Shown here: piece after piece, positions 1 through 12,650 of the stretch
Numbering within the stretch: position 1 is the stretch's first letter
Layout: each line of letters starts with the position of its first letter
Assembly: GCA_028534125.1 (NCBI GenBank)
Contig: CM052818.1
Location: forward strand, 6,326,001-6,390,000
Source of the DNA: Lama glama
Lineage: Eukaryota
Length of the DNA stretch: 64,000 nucleotides
Direction of reading: 5' to 3'
Translations under genes and position numbers: made by a program
Notes under the pieces: model-generated
The model's database searches: none
What the model was told of the DNA's origin: nothing
Seen by the model: the letters and a program-made list of their open reading frames with translations, nothing else

Positions 1-244
1 TGATAACTGACAGGGTCCTTTACCTTAAGTCCATTAATCAGGCAAAATAAAAATACTTCAGCACAATTTTTCCTATCTTCATGTACTTTTGATTATCAAA
101 TGGAAGTCTGGAGGTGTGATTAATAGTACTTATTAAATGGGAAGGCTTCATCTCTTAGACCAGTCTCTCTGGCATAAATGTTCTGCAAATTACATCTGAA
201 GAACACAGTACAAAAAAGAACCTACTTAAGTTTAGTAAAATTAT

Positions 245-605
245 CTCAAATATGCACAGAGATGTATGTACAAGGATATTCTTCTCAAAGTTGTCTAGCC
301 ATTCCAGAAATTTGTAAAGACTTGAACTACAGGGAATAGTTAAATGATTTATAGTGTATCTCTACAAAGAGGTGCTCTACTGTTATTAAAATTAATGTGG
401 TGAAAGTACTTTTACTTAAATGGAAAGATAGTCCACCATTATGGTTAAGTGGGGAAAAAGAAATTTAAAAGCTAATATTACAGTAAAATAGATTGTTTAT
501 ATGTATTTATGACTACATTGCATGAAAATAAGTCTGGAAAGACATACACAAACCAGTCAGAGTGGTTTCTCTGGGTGATGGGATTATGGGTAAATATTAT
601 GTTCG
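245..605 (+). mobile_element. Ancient L1 (L1ME-type) 3' end fragment
   Basis: Resembles old L1 3' end: 'gagatgtatgtacaaggatattc', 'gggaatagttaaatgatttatag', 'tctctgggtgatgggattatggg'. Recognised by eye. Confidence 0.55.
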
Positions 606-699
606 AGTCCCTCTTCATGCCACTACCCTGAGCTATGTGCTATCAGTGCCCCAGACGGAAGGAGGCGGAGCTTGAGCTATAAGCAAAGGTCAGAGGGTG

Positions 700-820
700 C
701 TCACAGACTGACTCCCGGAGGCAGAAGACTCTGGAGTGGGACCTGAGGATTTGCATTTCTAACTAGCTTCCAGGTGATACTGAGGCTGCTGGCCCAGGAA
801 CCACACTTTGAGTAGCACTG
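700..820. mobile_element. MER5A (hAT-Charlie) partial
   Basis: 'gatttgcatttctaactagcttccaggtgatactgaggctgctggcccaggaaccacactttgagtagcactg' matches the MER5A terminal half. Confidence 0.7.
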
Positions 821-1079
821 CCCTAGGGTTTTCCTTGACCAGTTCCCTCATACCTATACTGACTTCTATCAGTAATTATCAGTGAGTGAGTGAGCGTGTG
901 TCTCCAGATTCTTCCACAGGCTCAGGGATGCCATGGCTCCTGGCCCCAGGCTTACTGCAAAACTCAGTGCATGTTCATTGCAGAAATTAAAGAGGAGATT
1001 TTCAGGTATTGTGGGGAGGGTACTGAGACAGATTTGTGACATTTACTACTCTGCATGTGGTACCATGGCATCATAAAAA

Positions 1080-1182
1080 GCTTCGCCTCCATGTGGGCCA
1101 GAATCTCTGGGGGCAGGCCTAGGAATATTCACATTACCAGCTCTCCAGGGGGTTCTTCGGCTCACTAAAGCTGGAGACCTGC
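1080..1182. mobile_element. MER5-family fragment
   Basis: 'cagaatctctgggggcaggcctaggaat...ctctccagggggttct...cactaaag' resembles the MER5 core; degenerate. Confidence 0.4.
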
Positions 1183-2249
1183 CCAGGGAATCAGAGGGAA
1201 AAGAGGACTCCATGGCATTGGTCAGGAAAGGTTTTACACTGAGATAATGAAAGCCCCTGGAAAAAATGTAAGAATGTTTTCAAGAAACTTTAATCTATTA
1301 ACACTTGAGTATGAATTAGTGCCTCCAATTAGCACAGAAAAGAGAAAATAGACACAGGTTGGTATGATTTGATAAAAGAAACTTTTCAAGGGTCCAGAGT
1401 GGAGAATCAACTCGAGGACTGGGTGCCCATTTCCAAAAGATTTGGGGAAGACGCACACCACCACATTCTGCCCAGAATCCTTCTTCCAGGCAGTACAACC
1501 CCCAAATAAAGAGATTTTTTAAAGCCAGAAAGAAAAGAGGAAGAAAAATGTGTTCCTACTCCCCAGCAGTCTTTAAGCAAGCTCCCCAGTAAGAGGCCAA
1601 GAGGGAGCTGGACCCAGAACATTTGGTGAACCGGCCCTTCCCACGTGCTACTGTTCCCAGCTGTATCTGCTGAGAACCAAAGTGTCAGGATCTTACAAAA
1701 GGCATTTTGAGAGGCCACAACATTTCCTCTTCTTACTTCAACATGAGGCCCTCAATTAAGCTGGAACTAATTCTTATGACAAGTTACAAACCACAAGCCA
1801 AAATAATGAGAACACTGACACCACTCACATGAGGGGAAGACTTCAGGGAGCTCCTATGACAAAGCCCCCGTTATTCACCCAACTCTCCTGATGGTTCCCA
1901 GTGCCGGGCAAGGCAGCCTCCCTAAGCCCTGAAGAATGAGGCAGAAAGCAGTATTTCCACTGTGGCACTGGTTCAAGCTTCTACCAGATGGTTCCACCGA
2001 TTTGACCAACTTTTACATAGAATTTTTCCTTTAAATCAGGGATGAGACAGAGGGAAGAACATTAGACTCAGAGACAAAAGTCCTGAGTTCTAAATCCCAG
2101 TTTGACAAAAATGGAACAGCCTGGAGGAGGTTGGTTCATTATCTGAGTCCCACAATGTGAACATGTTTGTGTACATGTACATGCATGTATAACAGTAAAC
2201 TGGCAGCTTCAAAACTGAGACCTGAACACATCTAGTGCAGGGGTGATAC

Positions 2250-2500
2250 CCTCCCTCCAGTTATCTATTTGCAGGCCTTTTAGGTGTTTCTTTGCCAGAA
2301 AAGCTTTCTTTGCCGTAACAAATGCCAGAATCTCAGGGACTTGGTATCATTTTACTTTGTGTGCACTAGAGACCCCAATACGGATGTTCCTGACTGGCAG
2401 ACAGCCTTTCGCATGCTCATCTGGGACCCAGGATAATTCCATTTTGTATCTCTGCCCTCCTCTAGGGTCTTGAAGTCTCTGCATTCAGCACACAGATGGC
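2250..2500 (-). mobile_element. Old MLT1 (MaLR LTR) fragment
   Basis: 'gggacccaggataattccattttgtatctctgccctcctctaggg' resembles an MLT1J/K motif. Confidence 0.35.
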
Positions 2501-2503
2501 GGG

Positions 2504-2544
<41 letters not shown>
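2504..2544. repeat. Compound microsatellite (GT)n(GA)n
   Basis: GT run 2504-2523 followed directly by GA run 2524-2544. Confidence 0.95.
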
Positions 2545-2549
2545 GTTAA

Positions 2550-2659
2550 TAGATTGGAAAAGTCTCATTTTTATCTATATCACTGACATAACTATTAACA
2601 ACATGTCTTTTCACTCTAAAAGGTATCCAAGTTTAAAGGATAAATTATGTTGTTACTCT
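2550..2659 (-). mobile_element. MER94-like hAT DNA transposon
   Basis: 'tattaacaacatgtcttttcactctaaaaggtatccaagtttaaaggataaattatgttgttactct' aligns by eye to the reverse complement of MER94 (...tttcactctcaaaagtgtcccggtttggacgataaattatatggtcaccct). Confidence 0.6.
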
Positions 2660-4274
2660 ACTTATAAACCACCTTACAGCTAATCTATGAGCTCACCATA
2701 AAGCTTCTCAAGGCTTACATTTTTCACCACGGGCAACTAAAAACCAATCTGAGGGTAGACACTGTAACACAAAGAAGAAAAGGTCAAAAGTGGCATATTC
2801 CATTTTACCTGACCACCATCTACTTTCCTTCATAGTCAGATACATTCTTCGAACCTTAAAGTTCCCTTCAGAGAAATCACGGCCTCCCAGACTACGCCTC
2901 CTCTGTGCCGTGTCTTGGCAGTGCCCTCAACATGAAGATCCAATGTCTGACACAGAGAAGCCAAGTCCTCCATTCCAGCCATCACTGAATCTGCTTTCCA
3001 GCGAAGGACTGACGTCTTCAGAAGGGCCTGTTTTCCCATCCAGAAAACAAGCAAACAAACAAAAAAGACCTACAATCCAATCACAAATCCTTTAGTTGTA
3101 GTTTTGAAAACATGCCCAATTAGAAAAGTAAGAAACTTCTTCCCAGTGATGAACTGCCATCCAACTTGGAAAGAAAAGCTTTTATTTCTGAAATTCTAAT
3201 TTTACAGATAGGGACCAGCCTGACATTCACTTCTGCTTAAAGTCCTACATCGTAATACACTAAACAAAGGTGCAAAGAGAATGTTTAGGACCTAAGGGCA
3301 AAGAGTTTTCAAGAACCCAAGAGAAATTCACAAGACAGACACAGAAATACATACCGAGCACCAGAAAGCTAAGATGAAGTAAATAACCTAAAAGTCTTTG
3401 TTAGCCTACACTTGCGTACATTTAGTTGGAACAATGTGAAATTATATTGCAATCTCTTTGAGAAATAGTCTGCAATTCAGTTTCACCAATTCCGACCAAT
3501 TTGCCATGTCAATTAATCAGGATGAGTGAGGCTTTGCCAAATGTAGAGGATTTCCCCATTTAATGCCTTCTCCAGTTGAGACTTGTGAAGATGCTACTAA
3601 GAGGAATATCTTATCAAATGCTTAAGCATTAACCATGTGCAAGGAAAGCCATTAAATGAATGCACCTTCTGTGAATTAAATTAATTTTTCTAGAAAATGT
3701 AAACAAAATTGCATCCAAGAACAAACTATCTTAAAATCACATTAGACAAGTAAAAACATAAAATATTTTTCACCAGAGTTGTAGAAATTAAATTAGCTAA
3801 AAGAGGAAATAAATGCTTTTGTGTTCCAAGCAGTTCCATTTATTAGGACAACAGGTACCTATGAAGGAACCAAAACTCTAAAAAGAATGGTAATTGTTTC
3901 TAAGGATGATGCTCTGTGTAGTGAAAGGAAAGTCAGCTGTTCCTCTAAGTAACTCAATGGGAAAAGGAGAATCATATACTCAGTGGCTACTCACAATTGG
4001 AGAAAGGAAGGATAGGTAACCAGAAGTTCAGGGAAATCCACATCTGCCCCCCAAAATGGCTTGCTGCTTAGAAGAGGATGGGCAGGCTGGCTGTTCCATG
4101 CTCCCCTGCCGTTCCATCCCTCCCCAGGTGTCATCAGTCTTTCCTTGGGCTCCGTTGCATCTGTGCATTTCTGCTTCTCAAATATGGGCTCAGCAGCCTT
4201 GGTCAGAGGACTGAGTTACATCATGCCATGACAGCTACAGGAAAATTATCTGTTCTGCCCAGATCCTTGTTTTA

Positions 4275-4575
4275 CTAGCCAGGTAAGTATACCAGCTGCT
4301 CTAACAAACAGGCTCAGATTTCAGAAGCCTGACACCATTTCAAAAGTCCAGGTCCCTCTTCTCCAGGTGATGACTCCTAAATCTGGGCTCTTTCTATCCT
4401 CAGATTCTACCATCTTCCAGCCAACTGGACAGGAGCAGAGAGCGGGCTCATGGAAGATTATGTAGAACTCAGTTCCATGAATCCTCCAGATGCACAGGGA
4501 GCTGGGAAACATAGCTTTCTTTGAACTCAAGGAGAGGAGAATTGGACACTGGTAAATTCCAGCAATTTCCACCAC
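4275..4575 (-). mobile_element. Old MLT1 (J/K-like) LTR, degenerate
   Basis: 'agctgctctaacaaacagg...', 'tgcacagggagctgggaaacatagc', 'ggagaggagaattggacactggt' are old MLT1-like motifs. Confidence 0.45.
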
Positions 4576-4599
4576 CCTGGATCTGCCCATCTATTCCAA

Positions 4600-4830
4600 A
4601 AACACTTGTTGATCTATTTTGCACATCAGACACTCTGTCAAGGACTAGGGTAAATGCTGAGCCGTACACTGCACTTGTGTAATCACAGACTAGCAGGAGA
4701 GGAAAATGGACACATTAATAATTACAGTAAACATGATAAAAGTTATAACAGGCAGCAGCAGAGGGCTGAAGGAACCTCGCAAAGAAGCAAGTTCAGGAAA
4801 GCTTCAGGGATATTTGAACTGAGTCTTGAA
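4600..4830 (-). mobile_element. L2 fragment
   Basis: 'cagactagcaggagagg...aataattacagtaaacatgataa...caggaaagcttc...tttgaactgagtcttgaagg' is the typical L2 pattern. Confidence 0.45.
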
Positions 4831-4874
4831 GGAGGGGGCCAGTAACTAATATTCTTTAATCATTTTCTCCTCAC

Positions 4875-5056
4875 CCAGCACCATTCAAAGTGCTTTTCAT
4901 GGATTAACTCACTTAATCGTCACCACTCTACAAGCTAGGTATTATTATTATACCCACAAGATGAGAACCTGAAGCACAGAGCGTTTGAGTCACTTGCTCA
5001 GGGCCTCACTGTTTACTAGTGATAGAGGCAAGATTTAGACCCAGGTAGCTATCTCC
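4875..5056 (-). mobile_element. MIR SINE
   Basis: 'ttaactcacttaatcgtcacc...gatgagaacctgaagcacagag...cacttgctcagggc...gatttagacccagg' is the reverse MIR core. Confidence 0.75.
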
Positions 5057-5683
5057 CGGAACGACTCGCAAACAGCGCCCTGTGTGGAGAAGCAGTAGGG
5101 GTTCACCAGGGAAGAAGGATAAGGCCCTCTCTGCCAACAAGGGCCCCGAATCAGCCTTCTGTAAAGGACAGCAGGAGGGCCCCGGGGGGCCTGGAGAAAC
5201 ACGTGCTCATAAGGTCTCACTATACTCTCATCACCTGAGCCAGGAAGCTGTAGGTGAGAGCCCAGAATCAGAAGTACCACTGCAAGGCCTGGGATGTCAG
5301 AACATCAGGGAGATGGGCCAGACTGGAGTAAGGAACCCAGACCTGAAACTGCAGACTATCCCTCTAAGGCAGGGCCAGTAGCCAAGGAAGGTATCAGAAG
5401 AGGGTGAGTCATTCAATAAAAAGTTATTAAGATCTTATTAGGTTCAACACATATCAATCCAACTGAAAGTTGACCCAAAGCCAGAAGCTGGCGGTAGGGG
5501 ACAGCACCATCTCCCTGTGTGCAGGTGATCCCAGGGTTGTACAGGCCGTCATGGCTGCAGAGAAAGAAAGTGGTAGCGCATACTCGATTCCCTGGGAATT
5601 CCGCATCCCCTGATGATTATCTGTAACATCAGACCCCGCCCATTGCCTGGATTCCACTCTGGCCACACTCACAAGCCTCCTGT

Positions 5684-6053
5684 GTGTAGTAGAGGCAGAC
5701 AGTGCTCACCCACACCCAGTTTTCCTCTCCTTCCTGGACACACAGGTCTGCCCTCCCCAGTTCCCTCGCAGTTAGGTGGGGCCATGTGACTAGGCACAGC
5801 CAGTGAATGTGTGCAGAAGTGATCAGTTTCTTCTGGGCCACGATGTGGAGAACTGGTCTCAAGCCCTTTTCCTTAGAAGGCTGGAAGTCACCTGTGGAGA
5901 TGGCAGCTACCAAGACAGGGGGAGTGCTGTCCTGAGCTTCACCGAACCCACACTGGACTCGATGAAAGCACAGAATAAGCCTTTTTTGTCATAATTCCCT
6001 GAGATTTCTGGGTTTCTTTATGAATGTAGCATAGTGTGGCTAGTGCATATAAT
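5684..6053 (+). mobile_element. MLT1 (I/J-like) LTR
   Basis: 'ctctccttcctggacaca...ccctcgcagttaggtggggccatgtgactagg...gaatgtgtgcagaagtgat' and an end with 'gagatttctggg...gtagcatag'. Confidence 0.65.
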
Positions 6054-8264
6054 ACATCATGTTTCAAGCCTGCGTCTACCACTGCTTTTGTTTCTTTTTC
6101 TGTTTCTACCCTAAATCTCATGCCAACCTCACTTCATTTCTCAACCGAGATTAAATCTGCTAAATCTAATCCAGCAGTACGCACATACGGTTACTTCTGA
6201 TATCAGTTAGTAACTTTCACATTTTAAAATGAAATTATAAATAAAACTTCTCGATCAACACTTAGAATGCCATTGTCTATGTCAGAATGGCCACAGAGTC
6301 TGAGCTATTTCCCAGCACATCTTCCTGCTCTAAGTGGGACTCTAACAGGATGAATTTTCCAGTAATGAGGCTTGACAACCTGGCCACCACCAGGAGCAGC
6401 AGCAGTCAGGCCAGGAGAAAGGCTGCTAACTTCCTTGCTGAAGTGTTGATGAGCCTCCCTGTGACCAGCCTACCAATAAAGGAGTTCTTATCTGTCCTCA
6501 ACTGAACATCTGATTTGTGAATCCTTCCTGGCCCTCCCTGTACACACACACACACAGAGGATATTAGCAAACTGCAACCCCCACATTCCCAAAAGAAACT
6601 GTGCCCAGTGTTGGTGCACCCCAAGTTATGAGAAAGCAATATGCAAGAAGTATTAAGTGTAAATTCAATCAGAATTAGAGAATAACATTGGGTAAATTTC
6701 AATTTCTTCATTTCCTTGAAGGGAGATGTACACACATCTAGAATTCTAGCTTCAACTTGATGTCTATGATTTTCAGGGGAAAAAAATAGGGAAATAGACT
6801 GTGCTTTAATCTCCAGCACCAGCCGGGCAGTCAGACCCCAGACATCAGCAGACAGGACGATACGCTCCTCTTCATCAAGGTTACTTTGAGAAACACACAG
6901 TGAACTGGGTTTAGCAGCAGAACAAGTTCAGGGAGAACTGGGCTTAAACACAAACAAAATGAACTTGCCTAAAAAGCCATGAAGTTACTTAGCTAAAATC
7001 TTAAAGGACTAAAATATTACTTAAAATAATAATAGTCCTCACTTGACTGAATAGTTTTCCCAATACTTGTAAAATATTGTATTTCTCAGGGTATAAACAA
7101 ACCCCAAGTACAAATGATTCACATTGTCCAAGTCAAAGGCCCTGAATCCCTCCCATTTCTCCTCACCCTGTTAGCTCTCACTCCTTCTCCCCGACTCATT
7201 CCCTGAATTTCCTTCTCAGACTCTGATGATACAATCTGAAGGTGTAGGTACAGATTATCACATAATTACTGTTAAGTCTCTTCTAAGAATGATTTTTTAC
7301 ATTTGCTTTCAGTTTATAAACAGAAATACAATTACAGATTTTACATGTAATCCCTAATTATTATTTGTAACTATCTAGGCTTACAAACAGATGTACATTG
7401 ACTGGTTTAAGTGTTTGCCCCTGGCCTTGTTCATACTCTGGCTTTTCTATTTTGATCACTCATTGCACCATCACCTATCTCTTGGTCACCTGGAATTTAT
7501 CTTTACGCACTTTTTTCAAAAGAGATTAAATAAAACCTTGCCCAAGAGAACCACTATCATAGAAATTTTTGAAACTCTGTCTATCAGAAAATATAATTGT
7601 TGCTTCCACACATCAAAGACATATAAAATTCTGGAATCACAGCCTTTTATGAGCAAAACTCTATAGACATTGCTTTGGTATAGCTATCACAGAGCGGTAA
7701 CAATTTGGAATAGTTGTAGCCTTCCTCTGGCACAGTGGTAACATTTATTTGTTCCTCACTGAACCAGTGTTATTGTAATAAGAAAACAAATTAATAAAAA
7801 CAAAGTCAATAGATGTGTGATGAGTGCTGATTATTACATTCCCACATTCTACTGGACACTGAAAGGCACACCAACAATTGCTGTTGCCAAGGAAAGAACT
7901 CAGCTGTAGGTCACAAAGAGATACTGATGATGCAAATGAGTGATACTACTGCATGGTAATTTTGCAGGTCACAAAAATAACACTGGGATTTAATATCATA
8001 TTTAGAAGGGAAAACAGTAGTGCCCCTGGAATACATAACAAGAGGAAAATATGAGAAGTCCTCAAAACTATCCAAACTTCCGTAGGCAGGATTCTGAAAT
8101 CTGAAAGCCACAGGGTCTCGCCAATGAAGCCCTGGTTCTGGCCCTGCTGAGACTGCACACAAACACCACCTCTTCATTCAGAAAGAGAAGAACCACGCTG
8201 TGCCCCCCAAAAAGGGACATGTCAAAACTGATTATGCTTCAGAGGAGGGCAGGTGGAGAAGGAC

Positions 8265-8485
8265 CGTAGTTGTTAAAAACACTATCCAGGTTCAGACGAC
8301 CTGGGGTCAAGCCTGACTGCCATGGACCCTAAACTTGCGGGTGACTCTCAGCAAATCAGCTGTGTGCTCCTGTTTCCTCATCTGCAAAATCAAGACAAGA
8401 ACAGCATCTCCCTCACGGGACTGTTGTAAGAACTGAGCTAAAATAAAACAGTACTTGGCATACAAAAAGTGTGAACCAAGTGTTT
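8265..8485 (+). mobile_element. MIR SINE
   Basis: Core 'tgtttcctcatctgcaaaat', then 'ctcacgggactgttgtaaga', 'acagtacttggcataca'. Confidence 0.7.
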
Positions 8486-9309
8486 ACAATGAACAAATGA
8501 GCCACACAAAATAAGAGTGATAGGTTGACCTCTGTCATGTGAATGTCCTCCGGGAACATCCAAGACCATCGGGGTGAGCACGGCAGGCAGTCTCGCTGCC
8601 ACCCCAAACCAGTTAGGCAAGCTGAGGGAAGATGCTGGGGGCTGGTTCAAGTCCTGGGACTCATGCTGCCAGACCCAGAGCCATTCTTCTGGTCCATCGT
8701 GCTGTTCCCTACATTCAGGCTCCAGGCTGCCCCGCTACTGAGCCTGGTCATCCAGAGATCACACCACCGCAGGTCGTGTTACCCAAACACCAGGTAAAGC
8801 TGCCCTTTGTTTGCAAAGTAAACAGAGAAACACTCCTCAAAATGTCCCCCTACAAAACGAAGAAATCCTACTTCAGCTTTGTTGTTGTTGTTTTTATGAC
8901 TCTCAGGGCACATGGGATGTTCTGTTTGTTCTTCTACCCAGGAATTGTACATTTCTCAACTTCCTTTCTTTCAAAACAAAGTTGGTCCAAACCTACCACA
9001 AGCAACCCCATATAAAGATTTGACACTGCTATTTAAAGCAGTTAGAATGAAGGCAAGAAACAGTTTTTCATTTCACTGAGCACCTTGTTGGAGAGCTTGT
9101 CTCAGCCTTATGGTCTCACAATTAATTTGTTGGCACAATTAATCTAAATGAAAAGGAGGATTTTATTCTCACACCGACTAACCGGTATTAGGAAAATCCA
9201 CGAGGGTCAACATCCTGGAGTATCCCCCAAAGGACCTCTAAAGGGAGAGGGGGTATAAGAACACAAGGTACAGAGGCTCCTCCACCTGCTATCCAGGGAG
9301 GCTGCACAC

Positions 9310-9432
9310 ATGACTTAAACTCTCCAAGCAAAGTATTCTCATCTGCACAATAGAGAGGTAACAGTACCCACCTCATGAGGTTGTTGTGAGGATTAAATGA
9401 GAAAATATATCTAATGCACTTAGCAGGGTGCC
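9310..9432 (+). mobile_element. MIR SINE fragment
   Basis: 'ctcatctgcacaat...agtacccacctcatgaggttgttgtgaggattaaatgag...gcacttagcagggtgcc'. Confidence 0.75.
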
Positions 9433-10820
9433 CTAATGGTCTCCATTATCATAGCCAGGCAAAAACAAAGACCCCTGTGCTCAAGTACGGGGTGCTGCCA
9501 TGTCCAGCAATGTACAAAGTAATTACACCAATCCTGGTGGCTTACATCTGTTTACCTGAAGATCTCTCCATGTCATAGTATATAACAGGCTGGCTGTTAT
9601 CAGCTCATTTCCCTGGTTTTGGATAGCCTCTAAAACCTCATCATAGCAGCCCTGAATCTTGCTCCTACGATGAAACACTTTCTTACAGGTCTGGTGTCTA
9701 GTTGACTTTTGACTTTATTAGTCAAAGTCATGAAGTCTAAGTTTGCTTCCATGGTTTACTGGGGATATAATTGGAAAAACAGCTGTGGTGATGGCTTGCT
9801 GACTTTTAGGCTGAATTCAGATAAAGGATTGCTAGAGATGCTAGAATCCCCAAGAATTCCACAAACAAGAGAGATGCCAGATCACCACCAGAGTCAAGGG
9901 GAACCTCTTCTAGCCTGGGGTATGGGAAGCTCCCAAAGCTGTCAAGAAGGAAATATCTCACATGGCCCAACTAGAACTGGCTAGTTTTGACCTTCAGAGG
10001 GAGGAACAGCAGGGGAAGCGGGCAGGCTCAAGTGCTTGGTACTGGCTGGCCGTCAGCACCAAATCTCCAGGATCTGGGCGCCTCCTCTTCTAAGTGCATC
10101 TCACAGCCCCTGTACATGTGCACAATAGTAGAGCTGGCAGTCAGGTGGTCCTTACCTCCTCGTGCTTTAGGGAGAGGCTAAAGCTGCCAGAGGGATCTGT
10201 TTGTTCTCCCATCTGACAACTCCTCCTCCTGCTCTCCTCCCAGACTTGAGTTTATTCCCAGCTACAACTTCACTGGGACTGAGCAAAGGCTGCGGTTGAG
10301 TAATACCTGGAAAATGGTATTACCTAAGAGATAGCTCAAAACCAGCCAACAAACCAAGTTAAGAGATTCACACTTCAATTCTCATTGCCCTGACACCTTG
10401 GCAATTTGGAGGAGAACCCTCTAGTCATCCCCCTTCTCTTTCCTGCACCTCTGCCCATATGCTCCCTAGGCTTCCACCCCCAGGTCCCTGTATATCCTTC
10501 CTTCTCTTCATTCTTAAATGGATCCTGGAAGCATGACAACATAGAAAGAGCCAAAAAATGGAAATACAATGCTAATTACAGACACTTTATCATAATTTTG
10601 CAAAATAATACTTTAAATGTGATCTCCTTGGTGGTGAGAGCACATTCAGTGTGAAGAATCTAATTCAAAGACCCAGAACAAACATATAAGACTGAAAAGT
10701 TCATAGTGTTTTTTATGAAAGCAAGCTTCAAAGGCCCCGAGTCATATGTTCCTCTGTCTGACTTCTGTCAGAAGAGCTTACAGCCTGGAAGCGGTCACAG
10801 AATAGAGTACACAGCTTCTC

Positions 10821-10868
10821 TCTCTGTTCTCTTTTTTCAGTGACTCTCTGTTCTCTTTTTTCAGTGAC
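10821..10868. repeat. Perfect 24-bp tandem duplication
   Basis: tctctgttctcttttttcagtgac occurs at 10821-10844 and again at 10845-10868. Confidence 0.95.
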
Positions 10869-11939
10869 ATAATGAAAGGCACCTGTTCAGGAGCCCATTC
10901 TGGCTGGTGGACCCACCGTAAGCAGAGAATCTTCTTTCCCACAAACTCTGTACTATCAAATCACAACAAAGGTCAGGGGCTCCCATCCTTTACTTTCATT
11001 CACTGGGGCAAGGATTCTGCCCACTCCCTACCCACTGTCTGATTTCTCACCAAAGGAGCATTTGCAAGTTGAAAGATTTATCCTCTGTGAAATATTTTAC
11101 TTGTCACCAGCTGCAGGCTCCAGGCTCTGGGGCTGTGCTGGTCAGTTCCGGGAAGGTTCCCTGAGCTTCCTCATAGGCAAGGCCATACTGCTCCCAAGTG
11201 GCTTCTATGGAGAAGCAGGAAGCCAGAAACGGCGGTGGCTGGACTGCTCCTCAGAGCCAGCGGGGCCTGACTGGCTGCTACGAGCCTCCCCTCTGTAACT
11301 CCAGCCCCAGACCCTTCCTGGCGCCCATCACACTGGAGAACTCAGCAGCTCAGGGCTCCAGGAGGGAGTCGTGGCAAATGCACAGCCCTTCCAGACTTTT
11401 AACACACCTAGAAAGCTACATGGCTGGTCTAACAAAAGAAACCCAGAATTCAACCTGGGCAGCATCATGGAAGAGTCTGGTAAGATACACGTGTAAGGAG
11501 GCCCTCCTATCCTGGGGGGGAAAAATCGCAGGGGCCGGGGCGGCGAAGGAGAAGGCACAAGTAATTAGAGACTAAAAACATTTATCAGTACCTATTGTGT
11601 AGGACTGTTTAAACCCCAGAGGTAGCTCCTTACTCCTTATGAATCTACTTAGTGGTTTATGAAGGTAAAGCAGCCTTAATAAGTAAAATCTCCTTCAAGC
11701 TCATGGTTTTTTCAACAATTAAAAATACAATCTAGCTTTATAATTAGTGTCCCTGTAACTTTGCTACTGCATCCCTAAGGGGATGATGGACCCTTGTTTT
11801 TAGTCCAATGATCAGCTCTGCTCGAAGTTTAGAGCAACCACACCTCATTAACTCCCAACTGACCGAAGTTCGGTAAGAGAGCAAAAACAAGACGCCTCCC
11901 CGCCAAAACCCCTCAAATACCTTATGATTCCTGAATCAC

Positions 11940-12650
11940 CTGGGGCCCTCGCAGTACTGCCACAGCCCAGGCCGAACCCTAAACCAGGACCCCTGCAGGT
12001 GGGCCCGGGCATCAGGGCCCTCTGCCGCTGCCCCGCGGTGACAACCTGCAGACGAGTTTGAGACCCGCTCTCCTGGACCGGGGGGGGGGGGGGGGAGGGT
12101 CGGTCCTGCCCTCCAGCCGCGGGCCCGACGGGGGCGACTCGGAAGGACGGCGGCGCCCGGAGCCCACCCACACCGCCCGGCCGCAGGCTCTGCGGACGCC
12201 GCCCGAGCACTCTGCTTGGAAGCTTCCAGATGATTTCTGACGGGATGTTATCTGATTAAAAGCTTTCATTTTTATTATAAAAACGTGTTCACAGGAAAAG
12301 AAAGAAAAGGTAGAGAGAATCAAGAAGTAAAAAAGAAATATATTTCCACATGCATAATCCCAAATCCTACCTTCCAGAAATAACCACAATTAATAACTTC
12401 AGCTGAGGTGAAGACGGAGGCGGGAGGGGAAATACTGAGGGAATCTGTAAATAAAGGAAGGTGTACTCACAGGTCCTGAATTCTACGTCTCCAACACCCT
12501 TCTAAACTCTCGCCAAGCAGCCTCGCCCTGAGAGCCGGCGCTCCCGCCGCGCACGGCCAGCACGCGCATGCGCATACGCGCGGCAAGTGCACACTCACAG
12601 CGCACGCGCACCTGCACTGAAGGCGGGTTGGAGAGACCGTCCTCCTCCTC
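11940..12650 (-). promoter_or_regulatory. Small bipartite CpG-rich promoter-like element with NRF1 site
   Basis: CpG-dense blocks at ~11990-12210 and ~12510-12640 in a CpG-poor background; perfect NRF1 consensus CGCGCATGCGCA at 12563-12574; G16 run at 12080-12095. Minus strand inferred from the downstream splice donor. Confidence 0.6.
12471..12550 (-). other. Candidate non-coding first exon (5' end uncertain)
   Basis: Minus strand reads ...GAATTCAGGACCT|gtgagtac (actcac at 12465-12470), ~90 bp downstream of the NRF1 site. No transcript evidence available. Confidence 0.4.
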
